A stretch of DNA of 64,000 nt from positions 30,589,362-30,653,361 of the forward strand of contig NC_068984.1 in assembly GCF_001194135.2 (NCBI RefSeq). Direction: 5' to 3'. Made by a program: the position numbers and the translations under genes. The DNA comes from Octopus bimaculoides (Eukaryota). Every line of letters begins with the position of its first letter. Position 1 is the stretch's first letter. Of this stretch, positions 24,773-37,158 are shown one piece after another. The notes under the pieces are model-generated. The model had not been told where the DNA came from, ran no database searches, and saw nothing but the letters and a program-made list of their open reading frames with translations.

Positions 24773-25659
24773 TACACGAACTCTGATCAATAAGTATCCA
24801 GACTGTTGCCATAGTAAGGAAACTAAAATACACAGTGTAAAGCTGCTTGGCAAAGCTGCTGTGCATGTGCACTAAGTTTTAACATTCTAGCTCACTTCTA
24901 CTGTTTATAGCAGTGCTTGGAAGGAAAGTGTGTAGCATGTGATCTTCACATTGACCACGACAGTGAAAATCGTCAAGGTGATATCTGCTTAGAGGCCTAT
25001 GCGAAGTTGTGCAAAGTGTATGGAGAGGTGCGTATGAGCCACATAGAAGTGTATGAGTGATTCAGACATTTCCAAAATAGCTGAAAAATATTGATATTGA
25101 TGAACGTTCTGAGGGACCTGCAACCAGCAGAACTGAGAAAAAGATCGCACATGTGCACGCAGCTATGAGGAGAAATCGTCGAATCATCACCCATGAGTTA
25201 TCAGAGGATGTGCAGATTAGTTATGGTTCAATTCAGTCCATTATCACTGAAGATTTAGGTATAAGACACGTGTCTGCCATGTTTGTGCCAAAAATGCTTT
25301 CAGCTGACCTAAAAGACACACGAGTTTCAGTCGCACAAAATCTCCTTCTTTGTGTCGAGAATGAGGAAAACTTCTTAAAATCTTTGCTTAGGCCTCTGAG
25401 CAGGTATTGCTAAGCTTTTGGCAAAAATTTGATGCAGATTCTCTGCTCAGCTTTCTCTGCCATGGTCACTGCAATGATTACACGCTACACACTTTTCTTC
25501 CAAGGACTGTTGTAAACAACAAAAGTGAGCTAGAATGTTAAAACTTAGTGCACATGCACAACAGACTTCAAGGTCAATCTGTGCCAAGCAGCTTTATTCT
25601 GCACGCTTTAGATTTGTTATTATGGTAACAGTCCTGAAACTTATTGATCAAACCACATA
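24773..25659 (+). mobile_element. Internally deleted mariner with long (~215-bp) inverted termini
   Basis: TA-flanked ends (…TGATCAATAAG / CTTATTGATCA…). The left ~24775-24990 is the reverse complement of ~25435-25657. The interior encodes a mariner HTH fragment (NRRIITHELSEDVQISYGSIQSIITEDLGIRHVSAMFVPKML…ENFL) but no catalytic domain. Confidence 0.88.
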
Positions 25660-27699
25660 GCTTTCAAATACTCATATCCTATATATCTCATTTATTTCTG
25701 TTATTTAAAACAAGTTTAGTATAACAAACCAGAGAAATACAACTCAGTACATGCGTATATATGCATTTTTATTTTCAATTGGCTCAAAGTTACAAAAGTC
25801 ACACAAGGGCCAAGAGGTTTGAGCATGGTGCTTATCAGACTGACTTCAAATCTGATAACTCTGGAATATTTGGTTAAAAGTTAATATTAGCAGCTCACTT
25901 GAGAATTGCATATTTTAAAATAGTCTGCCCATTAAACAGAGATGTTATTCAATATGAGTGTATGCAAATCAGGATGTACAAGAAAAATCAAAGGTATGAA
26001 TGGCATTCTTAAGAGCTGATTCATGGAAAAAGAAAGAATGTGTATTATGTAGTTAGTATGAGGTCAAAAGGAATGCAGTAGAAATAATTATAGGAGGAGG
26101 AGAGATTTAGAGGATGTGCTATGCAACTTACTAATTCCACAGAATAAAGGCCATATATTTTTCTTCTGGTGTGTGTGTGTGTGTTTGAGAGTCTCCTCTA
26201 TAGATTCTATCACTCAAATTGTTACAGTCATTCAGTGTTGGTCAACCTGAAGCTGCACTGGAAGGTACTATTTGCCCAAGGAACAGTATCATAAAATCCA
26301 GAACCACATGGCTGCAATTGAAAATTCTTACCCACACTTATAATTACATGTTTTTTTTATATTTATTATCTATAATGAGTTTTAAAATTTAATACAACTG
26401 ATAGCTTTGTCTGTTTATAGGGATGGATACAGAGAAATCAGAATACATTTTATTTAGATGTCCATTTTGCTGAATGAAAAAGACTAATCAAATATTGCAT
26501 CATGTCCAATCAAGTGTAACCCGATGAGGCTTAATTAGGATAAAGAAATTTCAATAAACTAACTTTTTGTAAAAATGTATCAGCAAATTGTCTTCTTCAA
26601 ATTACAACACTTCATGTCAATTGAAACTTATTTAAAATAGTCTGGCTTAGTCTTCTGATTAAAGGAGAGCAAACTATAAGGAAGATTAATTCTCAGAAAC
26701 CAAAACATTAATTTACTAGAAATTTAAAATAGTGAATTCAATAATCAACAATTTATGTGAATTTCCAGACAAATCACTTACTTAAGCATTGGGAATAATA
26801 GATTAATGATGGCTGGGGAAAAGAAACAGCAAATCTGAGCAGGGACCTTTTTATAAAATGTATTTGTATTTTGATCCTACATTAGCAATACCCAGCTCCA
26901 TCAAGGTATTTATAGCCTTTATATTTCATATCATATTTAGTAGATACTTGTTTTCTATAATACTATCTGGATAGTTCTAAAATGTAATAAATCAAGTGAA
27001 GTTTTTGGAGAAAAGCAAATAGGATCCTAGGAAAGAATGTTGCCTTTCTTATGTTTTACTTTTAATATTTATGTGGTTTTGAAGAAAATTTGGTTTTGAT
27101 GTTCATTTTAAAACTTTTTTTTCCCTTGAAATCTTGAAATCTTCACCAGGTTAACAATTGCAAATAAAAGCACATTATACAAATAGAAAATGTGATTCAT
27201 CATCATCATCATCATCATCATCGTATAACGTCCACTTTCCATGCTAGCATGGGTTGGAAGGTTTGAGTGAGGTTTGTATAACTTTGCACTGACAGAATGA
27301 TTAACACAGTGTTAACAGTTATTTCCTGTCGTGTACAAGAATAATTTTTTCTTGTATACCTTGTCATATTATAATTTGGATCCCATTTATCGATATTCTG
27401 CTGACATATGTGGATAATTTTATATTCTGTGGAAATTAATTGTTTGAAAATAACAAGGTTACAGTATTGAAAATGAAATTTAAAATAAGAATTCATGAGA
27501 TTAGAATATTCAAATACTTAAGATTGAATATCAATCAATCCCAGAATGGAATTATTATAGATCAAGAGTTATAAATATCATCAATATCTACAATAGAAAT
27601 AATGAAAGAAAAGCCAATGAGGGAAATGACAAGTTAATTGAAGATGGGAAAACTTAATTAAAAAGATTTGCCTCTCAGATAATGAGCATATCTAAACAG

Positions 27700-28330
27700 A
27701 CTGATCCAGATGTATCATTTGATGTCTGTAGAATGAGAAATAATGGGAACATTCTAGAATAAAGATTCTGTTTGAAGCTAATAAAGCATTATTAAAGCTT
27801 AAACCCCACTAAGGTTCCATATAATATCCAAAGTTGGGAAAAACCTTCTTATCTGGATATCATCAGCTATTTGATGCTTGGGAGATGAAATGGCACAATG
27901 TTGTTGTGACGTTTATCAGAGGTAATATGAACAAGATAGTTTCAATTTATTAATCATCAAAAAATCTAGATCAAAGAATTTGCACTCATCAAAGCAGCTG
28001 ATACTAGTATTTTAGTAGTTGATATGACTTATGAGATATTCTTTTTGTCAAGATTATCAGAATTATTCTACAAACCTGACATCTCATCATTTGTAACCCT
28101 CTCAGACCTAAGCTCTTGTGTCTAATTTTACCACTACCTGGGCTCCTGAGGAAAAAAGAAATGTATACACAGCTCAAGAGTAATGATTGCAGGCAGACAA
28201 ATGGACAGAATCACAAAAAATTCAGAATATCAAGAAAAGGCCTATATTTCAACTACTGTATTTCTTTGCCTAAATCACTACTTTTGGCACCACTTTCACT
28301 AATTTCACTGTTTGAATCAGTCTCATTGTC
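27700..28330 (-). pseudogene. Possible very old CR1/L2-like RT remnant
   Basis: The minus strand holds frame-broken traces resembling SAAFD and a YADD-like region. Support is weak. Confidence 0.25.
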
Positions 28331-28904
28331 TCTGTAAGGGTAAACACTTTGTCCAGAGAATAAATATTACCAATAATTTCCTAAACTGTAAGAGTCTAGG
28401 CTTTGCTGATTTACCAGACAAAGTGATGCATTCATCACATACTCATTTCATTGCAAAAGAAACCGTTTTTCAAAATAAAAACAAAGGTTAATAATTGCTA
28501 TGGAGGAAGTCATTCACAATGAGTAATAAACACACTTGATTACAAAGCCGTATGGTGACTGGTTGCCTATTTTTAATATTTATCTTGTTTTTCTATGTGT
28601 GTTGTTCATTACCACTTTAACAAGAATCTAGAAGAGACTATATTTGGGTTATTCCCACTATATTGGGAAGACAGTACAATAAGGTTAAGAGGGTTTGTTG
28701 GGTAAGCACAGAAAATGATGATCATCAAGTAAGTTAAGGTGAAATGGATTAGAGACTGTATACAGATATCATACTAACAAAGGGAGGGGCTTCTGAGATT
28801 CTGAGAGATACATTATACAACTGAACACTCTTAGTGTTTCTCCTATATATAACATAACTTTGGACAATAGTTTCAGAGACATTTTATTTGCTTATGATTA
28901 TCTT

Positions 28905-29290
28905 TTACTTGTTCAGTTATTAGACTGTGGCCATGCTGGAACACTGCCTTGAAGTATTTTTAGTCAAATGAATTTACCTCAGTACTTTTATTTTTTTAAA
29001 CCTGGCACTTGCTCTATTGGTCACTATTGCTGAACCACTAAGTTACAGGGGCATAAACACACCCTTACCCATTGTCAAATAGTGCTGAGGGACAAACACA
29101 CACATACACACACAAACACACAGACACACAAACACACGACTGGTTTTTTTCAGTTTCTGTCTACCACTTACAAGGCTTTGGTCAGCCTGAGGCTATAAGT
29201 GAGAGAAGACACTTGACCAAGATACCACACAATGGGACTGAACCTGGAACCATGTGGTTGAGAAACAAGCTTCTTACCGCACAACCACGA
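28905..29290 (-). mobile_element. Family C SINE, near full length
   Basis: Reverse-complement head (29140-29290) and body ending in GCATGGCCACAGTC. Confidence 0.75.
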
Positions 29291-30387
29291 TTAGTTTAAA
29301 GATTTTCAATTTGTTGGTAATATCCTTAGAATGCTTTGTATATAGAACACTATCTAAACCATTATATGATTTTCTCAACAGATTCAGAAATTGTAACTGA
29401 AAAGCTAAGGTGGGACACTAGCAACACCTATGTGTGACTTACTTCACTTTTGCTTACACATAGCACTTATATAAAATACAGTGATTGTTTTATAGATGAC
29501 TAATTACTGAGAAAAAACTTAGCTTATTTGGTTCTTGTTTTATGCTATTCAATGAATGTAAAAAAATCTCTAAAAAGTCTTCCAGTCTCTCCTTATCGTC
29601 TCTGACAGTTACTGGAATGAAGGGGTGCAGAATTAAGTGTATTTATCAAATATATATAACAAAATACTAGAATTATATTTGAACTCAAAACATATGATCC
29701 ACTGCAGCAAGGAATCACATAATTGAATGCATTGAATATTTTCTGCAGAATTTATAAAAAGCAAGAAATAAAGGAAAGAAATGTTAATTGTGGAATGGTT
29801 CTATTCAGAGACATAACAATGTATTAACATTTGTATTTTCAAAGGGCTGAATCTATTTTGGAAATTACTCAGAAAAAAAATTATGAACCAGCATATATTT
29901 CTAATATAAGATCAATTTCATACAATGGATAGAAAGCTATACCTTTAAGATGCAAAAGTTTAAAAGAAAGTAATACAAAATTCCATTTCGTTTTACGACA
30001 TTAATGAAAAATAGAGATAGCATTCATAACAGTATTCAGAAGGAAGCCATCGTAGATTTATGAATTATCTATATTAAGCTGCAAGACAACAGCCAATGCA
30101 AAACATGATTTCATCATAAGATTATACTTCACATATTAGATTTTAATCAAAGAAATTGCAAAAGAAGAAATAACTGAAAGAAAGTACTAAAATATGATAG
30201 GGTGATTAGAAAGATACGGGAACCCTAATTCTGGTTTGCAATAAAAATTAAATTTATTTCTGTCAAACTAAACTGAATACAATTTCTTTTTAAAAAGAAA
30301 GGTGATTTAGACATTTGAATTTGATCTTTACATGCATTATCTCTTACTGAATTGGTTTCAATGTTACATGATGTATGCTAAGTCATG

Positions 30388-30429
<42 letters not shown>

Positions 30430-31044
30430 TCTAATATAAGAATTAAATTTTATTAAAAATTTTAACAGTGGCCAGCATATGAAAAATACCTTTTCAGGTG
30501 AAAATTTTAATACAATTATAAATAAGGGCAAAAAGAAAATTTNNNNNNNNNNATATTTTTTTATCTATTTATATATATATTTATTTATTTATATATATAT
30601 ATATATTTATTTATTTATATATATATATATATATTTATTTATTTAGTAATATATATATATTTTCATTTATTCATTTATTATACACACATGCACACACTCA
30701 CATACACACGCACACGCACACGTTAATAAAGATATTTTATATTCTAAACATTTATATCCTTTGCATATGCCATTCCCATATATGTAATTCTACTGTGTAC
30801 GATTATACAAATGCATGAGTACCTGTGCATGTAAATGTCAAGCATGAATATGTATTCTGTTATATCTGAAATGAAATTCGGAATATCCTGGACATTATTT
30901 GAAGAAAGTAATTTGCATAGTCAATAAACAATCTGTAGAAATATATACATGTATAATTAAAGAAACTGAACAGAATTTCTTAATTGATATTCAAGTTTGA
31001 AAGTTTTGCATATTATTTGTATATTACAAAGTAATATACAAGGT

Positions 31045-31382
31045 AGAGGGGCTCCGAAAGGGGTCTCAGGGAGTAGTGTCCCTGCCTTCCTGAGCTAGTT
31101 TTCTCCTATATTTGTTAAAAATTGTGGTAGAGGTCTTGGTCTTGGGACCACTCATGTCTAGAAACTGAGGTTGGTGGCTAAGCAAGGGCATGCTCCCTAT
31201 ATAAAATCCAACTCCAAAAAAGCCTCATGATAGCAAAAGATGATGGGTATCAGCCAGCCCAAAAGTTGGGGGTGGGCTACACCTGCCTACCTCAGTTGCT
31301 ATAGCATTGAGGTAGATCCGGCCACCCCTGTTATCGGGGACAAAATCCGGATTTAAAATACTGGATTATGATGATGATGATG
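31045..31382 (+). mobile_element. GC-rich retroposon 3' end with (GAT)n tail, family E
   Basis: A GC-rich block in AT-rich DNA, containing GCAAGGGCATGCTCCC (similar to the family A AAGGGCATCC motif) and ending in GGATTATGATGATGATGATG. Confidence 0.55.
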
Positions 31383-32074
31383 TGAAGATGTGCTACATTA
31401 TTATTTATACTAGAAGTATATACACAACTAAATACCAAGTTGGAAACTGGTCAATTGTTTTACTGAAATGATAAGGATGTCACAGCTACAATAAAAAGCT
31501 TGTAAAAAGACCCATAACATTCAAAATGATCCTTTCTGGTCAAGTACCATAGTATATTTCATTAAGCATTTGAAGAAATAAAACATTATAAAAGTTATTA
31601 AACTGCAAACCCTTGACTAAAAAGAGAGCAGAATCCGTAATATCAGTGAAGACTGAAATAAAGTTATGAAGAAAAATCACTTGAGATATCCAAGCTCCTT
31701 GGTCATTTCCCTCATTGCACAAATTCCACAAAGAGAGTACTGCAGGAATTCCAGAATGTGGGTACTGCAAGACGTTTAAATGATATTGGCACTGCAATAT
31801 CACCAATGCTGGTCTTATTTGAGCCTTGTGTGTATATGTACATGTGTGCATGTGTGTGTGTGTGCATGTGCACATGTGTTTGAGTACGCACGTGTGTGTG
31901 TAATATCTGCAAATATAAAATATAAACAATAGCACTCAGAGAACACAAACCCCCACCAAGGCAACACCAACGTCATATCAACGATAAGCCAGAGATGATT
32001 TTTAAAATGAGAATATCTGAAATAAACTAGACTGCTCTCACAAATGAGAATACTAAAAATAAACCTGACCACTC

Positions 32075-32303
32075 TCAAAATTCAAGTAAAAAAATCATGA
32101 AAAATAATTCAGAACTTTTGTCCGGTACCAGATCGATCCCAAAGTCTAATCTGTTCGTGCCAGTCACAGTCACGAGGCCAAACATCCCTGAAAATTTCCT
32201 TTGAATCCATCCAGCGGTTCTTGAGATATCTTGTCCATGGATAAGCAAACAAACAAATGTGACTGAAAACAATACCTCCACCTTCGTGGAGGCAGAGGTA
32301 AAA
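32075..32303 (+). mobile_element. Helentron/HINE (DINE-1-like) non-autonomous element
   Basis: AAATTTCCTTTGAATCCATCCAGCGGTTCTTGAGATATC…(AAAC)n…GACTGAAAACAA followed by a terminal palindrome TACCTC…GAGGTA (32273-32300). The family assignment is from memory of this architecture. Confidence 0.5.
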
Positions 32304-32803
32304 AGAGGCACATGTAATGTAGTTGGTGCATCATCTAAAGAAGCTTTGAGGTGTTCTTTGACCTTTGTCTGAAAAATTATGACAACCCAACAACCCAACT
32401 TACAACTTTATTAATATTGCATGGTCTACAAGAAGATGAGTTCTACATGCTTTAGTTATGGAGATGGATTGGGATCACAGTTAAGTTCCCAAGTTGATTT
32501 ATTCAAAGGGGCTAGAGTCTGAATATGCCTGATATATAAGCTACATTATTTACTGGAGCAATACAAGCAGACTTTTGTTTTTGGCCTGATGTGAGAAATT
32601 AATGATACCACCTGGGATGTAGATTGACAGCTGCTTTGAAGTGTTGGCTTAATAGACAACCAAACAGACTATTATGCCAGGAATTTGAAGTAACTGTCAA
32701 TTTTTCTACTTGTTAAAAGAGAATAAATATGATACATTTCTGTAAGGTTCTGAGTGCTCTTTAGATTAATTTGTGCTGCTTTTTATCACTTTTGTCAGGA
32801 TAA

Positions 32804-32967
32804 GTGCAGGCATGACTGTGTGGTAAGAAGCTTGCTTCCCAACCACATGCTTCCAGGTTCAGTCCCACTGCATGACATTTTGGGTAAGTGTCTTCTACTA
32901 TAGCCTTGGCCAACCAAAGCCTTGTGAGTGGATTTGGTGGAGGGAAACTGAAAGAAGCCCATCGTAT
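32804..32967 (+). mobile_element. Family C SINE head
   Basis: GCAGGCATGACTGTGTGGTAAGAAG…GGTTCAGTCCCACTGC…TTGGGTAAGTGTCTTCTACTATAGCC…GAAACTGAAAGAAGCCC. Confidence 0.82.
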
Positions 32968-33784
32968 ATAATATATATATATGATGGGTATACAGCATAT
33001 GTCTTGAAGTTGGGTATGCAGCATGTCTTGAAGAAATCCTGGAAATAATTACATTCAGGGAAAACGTGATAAATAGATACTCTGAGATGGTCATATCCTG
33101 TAAGCATAGGAACAAAATATCATTCATGGAATTTGAAAAAAATATTTTGAAACGAAATAACAAATTATAGAACAATGAAGGAAGCAAAATGAATAAATGA
33201 ATACACCAATGTTTAAGATGATACACACTATAACAATAGAAACAGTGAAAAAGTCACCATAAGAGGGTTGTACTTATCAATTCAGTCAGCAAACTCCATT
33301 GTATAGAAGCTGACCACCTGCTGTGTTCAGAATTTATTGAGGACAGTTAAGTCTTGAATGAAACAGAACAAAGAAATGTACCACCATCCTTAAATTGCTG
33401 AATGAATGACCATCCTTAAAATTTTCAGAATGAATAGCAAATAAATCTAACACAACCACACACACTTCCATCTCCATATGACTACCGTTCTTTCCTCTAC
33501 TCCCATCACCTACCTCTCCTCATAAAGTACAGTAAAAATACCCACATAGCTAGATTGGCCTTCATACTGGCAAGAAGAGATAAACATCCCTCTGTGATTC
33601 ATCCAATAACACAGTATCGCCTGATGAAATGAATCAATGATGATGGTCAAATGGATGGCCATGGATAATATGAACTATACTGTACTCATCCCAAGGATAC
33701 AGACTATGATGTTAAAGTTATGTGATTTTGTGGAAATGCACGTAGCAATGCGTTAAATACTTATAAATTCCATTCTAGAATTAT

Positions 33785-34293
33785 TGTTGTCGCTTGCAAA
33801 GACTTGTTGAGGCAAGTGAAATCGAAATCAAACTAAATTCGATGACTGGCACCTATGCCAACGTCGTCTCCTTCATTGGACACGAAACTCAGCTTGCGAA
33901 GACTTATTGGGGCAAGCGAAATCGCGATAGCACCTGTGCCCAGTGTCGCCTTTCTGGCACTTGTGCCCGTGACATGTGTAAGGAGTTTCGGGCAAGATCG
34001 TTGCCAGTGCCCCTGGACTGGCTCTTGTATGGGTGGCACATAAAATACACCATTTTGAGCATGGCCGTTGCCAGTACCACCTGACTGGCCTTCATGCCAG
34101 TGGCACGTAAAAGCGCCCACTACACTCTCTGAGTGGTTGGCGTTAGGAAGGCCATCCAGCTGTAGAAACTCTGCCAAATCAGATTGGAGTCTGGTGTAGC
34201 CTTCGGGCTCCACCAGTCCTCTGTCAAATCGTCCAACCCATGCTAGCATGGAAAGCAGACGTTAAACGACGACGACGACGACGATGATGATGA
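33785..34293 (+). mobile_element. Family A 3' end with a non-RTE-ORF upstream segment (probable non-autonomous derivative)
   Basis: 33985-34293 matches the family A UTR and tail, but upstream it lacks the ORF2 C-terminus seen at 11677-11928. Confidence 0.7.
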
Positions 34294-34839
34294 TATATAT
34301 ATATATGTATACACACCAATGTTTAAGATGATACACACTATAACAATAGAAACGGGGAAAAGTCACTACAAGAGGATGACTTTTAAGTTTTAACCTGCTA
34401 ATACTCAATACTTCATTCAAAAGAAAAATGATTACTTAAGTTCCATGAGCTCTATATTAACTTTGAAGAAGTCCCACTACCATATAGTTAGAATATGGTA
34501 ACTTTCTTAGCATTAAAGCACCAAATGTTCCAAAATTCCCATCAACCAAATGATAGGACTGAAACACATATGTAGATTCCTTATTTTATTTTAATTTAGT
34601 TTTTGAGCTTTCAACCAGTAGTCAATTTATTTGTACTCATGTTGTTTTTAAAAAATTGTCATCTTTTTGTAACATACAAATAAATTATTAATTAAATCCA
34701 CTTCTTCTCCATTTTCTTTTTGTTTTCCTCCAATACTATAATTATCCTGAACATATACCAATGACTTTCACATTATATGATCGGAATTAAACCAGAAGAA
34801 TACCTTAGATTATATAATCCCTAATGGGGATATGACTTC

Positions 34840-35007
34840 CTCAACTCAGAGTGGTTGGCGTTAGGAAGGGCATCCAGCTGTAGAAACTCAGCCAGATCAG
34901 ATTGGAACCTGGTGCAGCCATCTGGTTCACCAGCCCTCAGTAAAATCGTCCAACCCATGCTAGCATGGAAAGCGGACGTTAAACGATGATAATGATGATG
35001 ATGATGA

Positions 35008-35010
<3 letters not shown>
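34840..35010 (-). mobile_element. Family A terminal fragment
   Basis: Terminal family A sequence followed by (GAT)n. It reads in the same sense as the copy at 1-272, so the element is oriented on the + strand; the 34821-35099 ORF call is its antisense. Confidence 0.5.
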
Positions 35011-35044
<34 letters not shown>

Positions 35045-35055
<11 letters not shown>

Positions 35056-35270
35056 TTGTATCTGTGTTTGCCCTTTCCCCCACAGTCACTTGATAACAAA
35101 TGTTGGTTTGTTTACGTCCCCATAACTTAGAGATTCGGCAATAAAGAAGACCAATAGAATAAGTACAAAGAATAAGTCCTGTTGTTGAGTTCTTTGAGTA
35201 AAGCCTTTTAAGGTAGTGCTCCAGCATGGCCACAGTCAACTGACTGGACCTATTAAAAAGAATGAAAAGA
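35045..35270 (+). mobile_element. Family C SINE 3' body
   Basis: TTGGTTTGTTTACGTCCCCATAACTTAG…TAGAATAAGTAC…GTGCTCCAGCATGGCCACAGTC. Confidence 0.7.
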
Positions 35271-35324
35271 ATAAAAAGAAAAAGTATAGTCTGTAAGTAT
35301 TGTCTGAGTACTTGCAATAGAGTG

Positions 35325-35585
35325 AATTCTGCTAAAGGCACCTCAAGGCTGACTGAATTTGAACTCAGAACACAAAGACCTAAAACAAACACCACCAGAC
35401 ATTCAGTTGGATGTTTGCAATATTCCACCAACCTGCCATGTTGGATTGGTACTTTTTCAACACTGAGAGGCCGAAAGGTTGACCTTGATGGATTTGAACT
35501 GAGAGAATAGAGAGCTGAAACAAAGAGCTGAAACAAAGAGCTTGAAGAATTTCGTCCAATTATCTTACCACTCTGCCAGTTTGCT
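35325..35585 (-). mobile_element. Degraded family B SINE fragments
   Basis: GAATTTGAACTCAGAA and GATTTGAACTGAGA (reverse B-box region) and ACCACTCTGCCAGTTTGC. Confidence 0.5.
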
Positions 35586-37034
35586 ACTTCAAACTAAAAG
35601 TAATCAAAAGATATAATTTCTAAATAAATGCAACAATACTTAAATAACAGCTATTTGTCATTAAATATGAAAAATAATAATATTCCAGTATCAGTTTAAC
35701 AAGTAAGAATTACTCATATTTACAGAGCAAACTGAAAAATTGTAGTTATTTAGAAGCATATTTTTCCAAAGCAGCATTCTTCAATTAGTTTGAAAACCAT
35801 TTTGTATCAGACACTAAATCATGTTGTACTGGTATAGAGATTCCAAGTGACATCCAGATAAAGTTAATTCTTGGTAATTGTGTTGCTCGTGTGAACATGT
35901 TGTTTCTTATCACAAGTTACATATATTTCCTCACATAACTGTATGTCTTTGATCTAGCAAATGGATCAAGGAATATGAAAGTCAGTCAGGTTAACCTATA
36001 AGAATAAATTCATGCATAGAATGTTCACAGAATTCAACAACGGTATTAGTATAAAGCCAATTTGAAAAGATGTAATATCAGAGATGCAACGTGGATTGCA
36101 TCTAAAGCCTGTGACTGGGTTGATAAAGTAGAATGATAGATAATCTATTGATAGCATGCTTATTCAATAATATGATGATAATGATGATGGTGATTGTAAC
36201 TTTAGTGGTGGTGGTGGTGGTGGTGATGGTGATGATAGAGAGCAGGGATTGAAGATAGCCACATCAATACTGATTTAACACCAAAGTCAACAAAATGCCA
36301 TATCCATTATTGATGGTGATGATGACTGATGATGGCAATGACGATGATGATTATGAATATGATGATGATTAAGATGATGATGATGGCAACTCCGTAGTTG
36401 TTGCTGCCAAAGCCACAATGCCAAAAGTGACAATATTGATGATGATGATTATAACAGTGGTTGTGGTGCTGGTGGGGGAGGTAGAGGAGGAGAAGGAGAA
36501 AATGGAAGATAAACCTGATATCAATTGAAGAAAATTGTTAATGACATTCACTAAAGGGTTTTCAGGCCTTATAGATCAGCAGTTGACGATAGCTATAGTA
36601 AAAAGATATTAAGATATTCATAAGGATTCTCCATTTAACCTCCAAGGTTATTTGTCACTTTGCAACGAATGGAACTGAAGACAATAAAAATTTAAATAAT
36701 GATATTGATGATGATGATGATGATGACAAAAATGAAGTGAAGTCAGATCTGTATAGAAGACAAGTATTTTTACCGAAAACTGAAGCAAAATTCATTTTGT
36801 GAAGTTTGCGTATGTTTTATGAATAAAACGCACACACAAATACATAAATGATCTCATATATTTATACTTTAACCTGATGGTGCTTTGTTTTACTTGGAAG
36901 CAATGCTACTGCATTGCAATACTTATTAAGTTTTTCTTTGAAAACGTCTTCACTGTTCTCAGTCTGTTAACAGCCAGGCATTCAGACAAGTATACTGGCA
37001 ATGATGTGGCAACATTCAAAATGATGTCTAGGTG

Positions 37035-37110
37035 AATCTAGCTGAAGAGAACTAATCAAATTTATGTTAACAAACCTAATTTGCAAAGTTCGAAACCTAG
37101 GTCCTAGATT
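37035..37110 (+). ncRNA. Type I hammerhead ribozyme (canonical core, palindromic stem III)
   Basis: Stem I AATCTAG(37035-41)/CTAGATT(37104-10); core CTGAAGA (37042-48); stem II GAAC/GTTC (37049-52/37088-91) extended by CAAATT/AATTTG; GAAA (37092-95); stem III ACCTAGGT; GUC cleavage triplet at 37101-37103. Confidence 0.88.
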
Positions 37111-37112
37111 AT

Positions 37113-37158
<46 letters not shown>

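Noticed and set aside
25830-25858. 14-nt match to vertebrate miR-21 (GCTTATCAGACTGA) in a small hairpin
   Set aside because: The seed-end bases differ, there is no precursor-like stem, miR-21 is a vertebrate family, and such a match is plausible by chance.
30912-30923. TTGCATAGTCA, the miR-153 5' end
   Set aside because: Identity stops after 11 nt and no precursor hairpin is evident.
33611-33683. ACAGTAT…CTGATGA…GAAC…ATACTGT
   Set aside because: No GAAA or stem III in the right geometry; it lies in the family F repeat.
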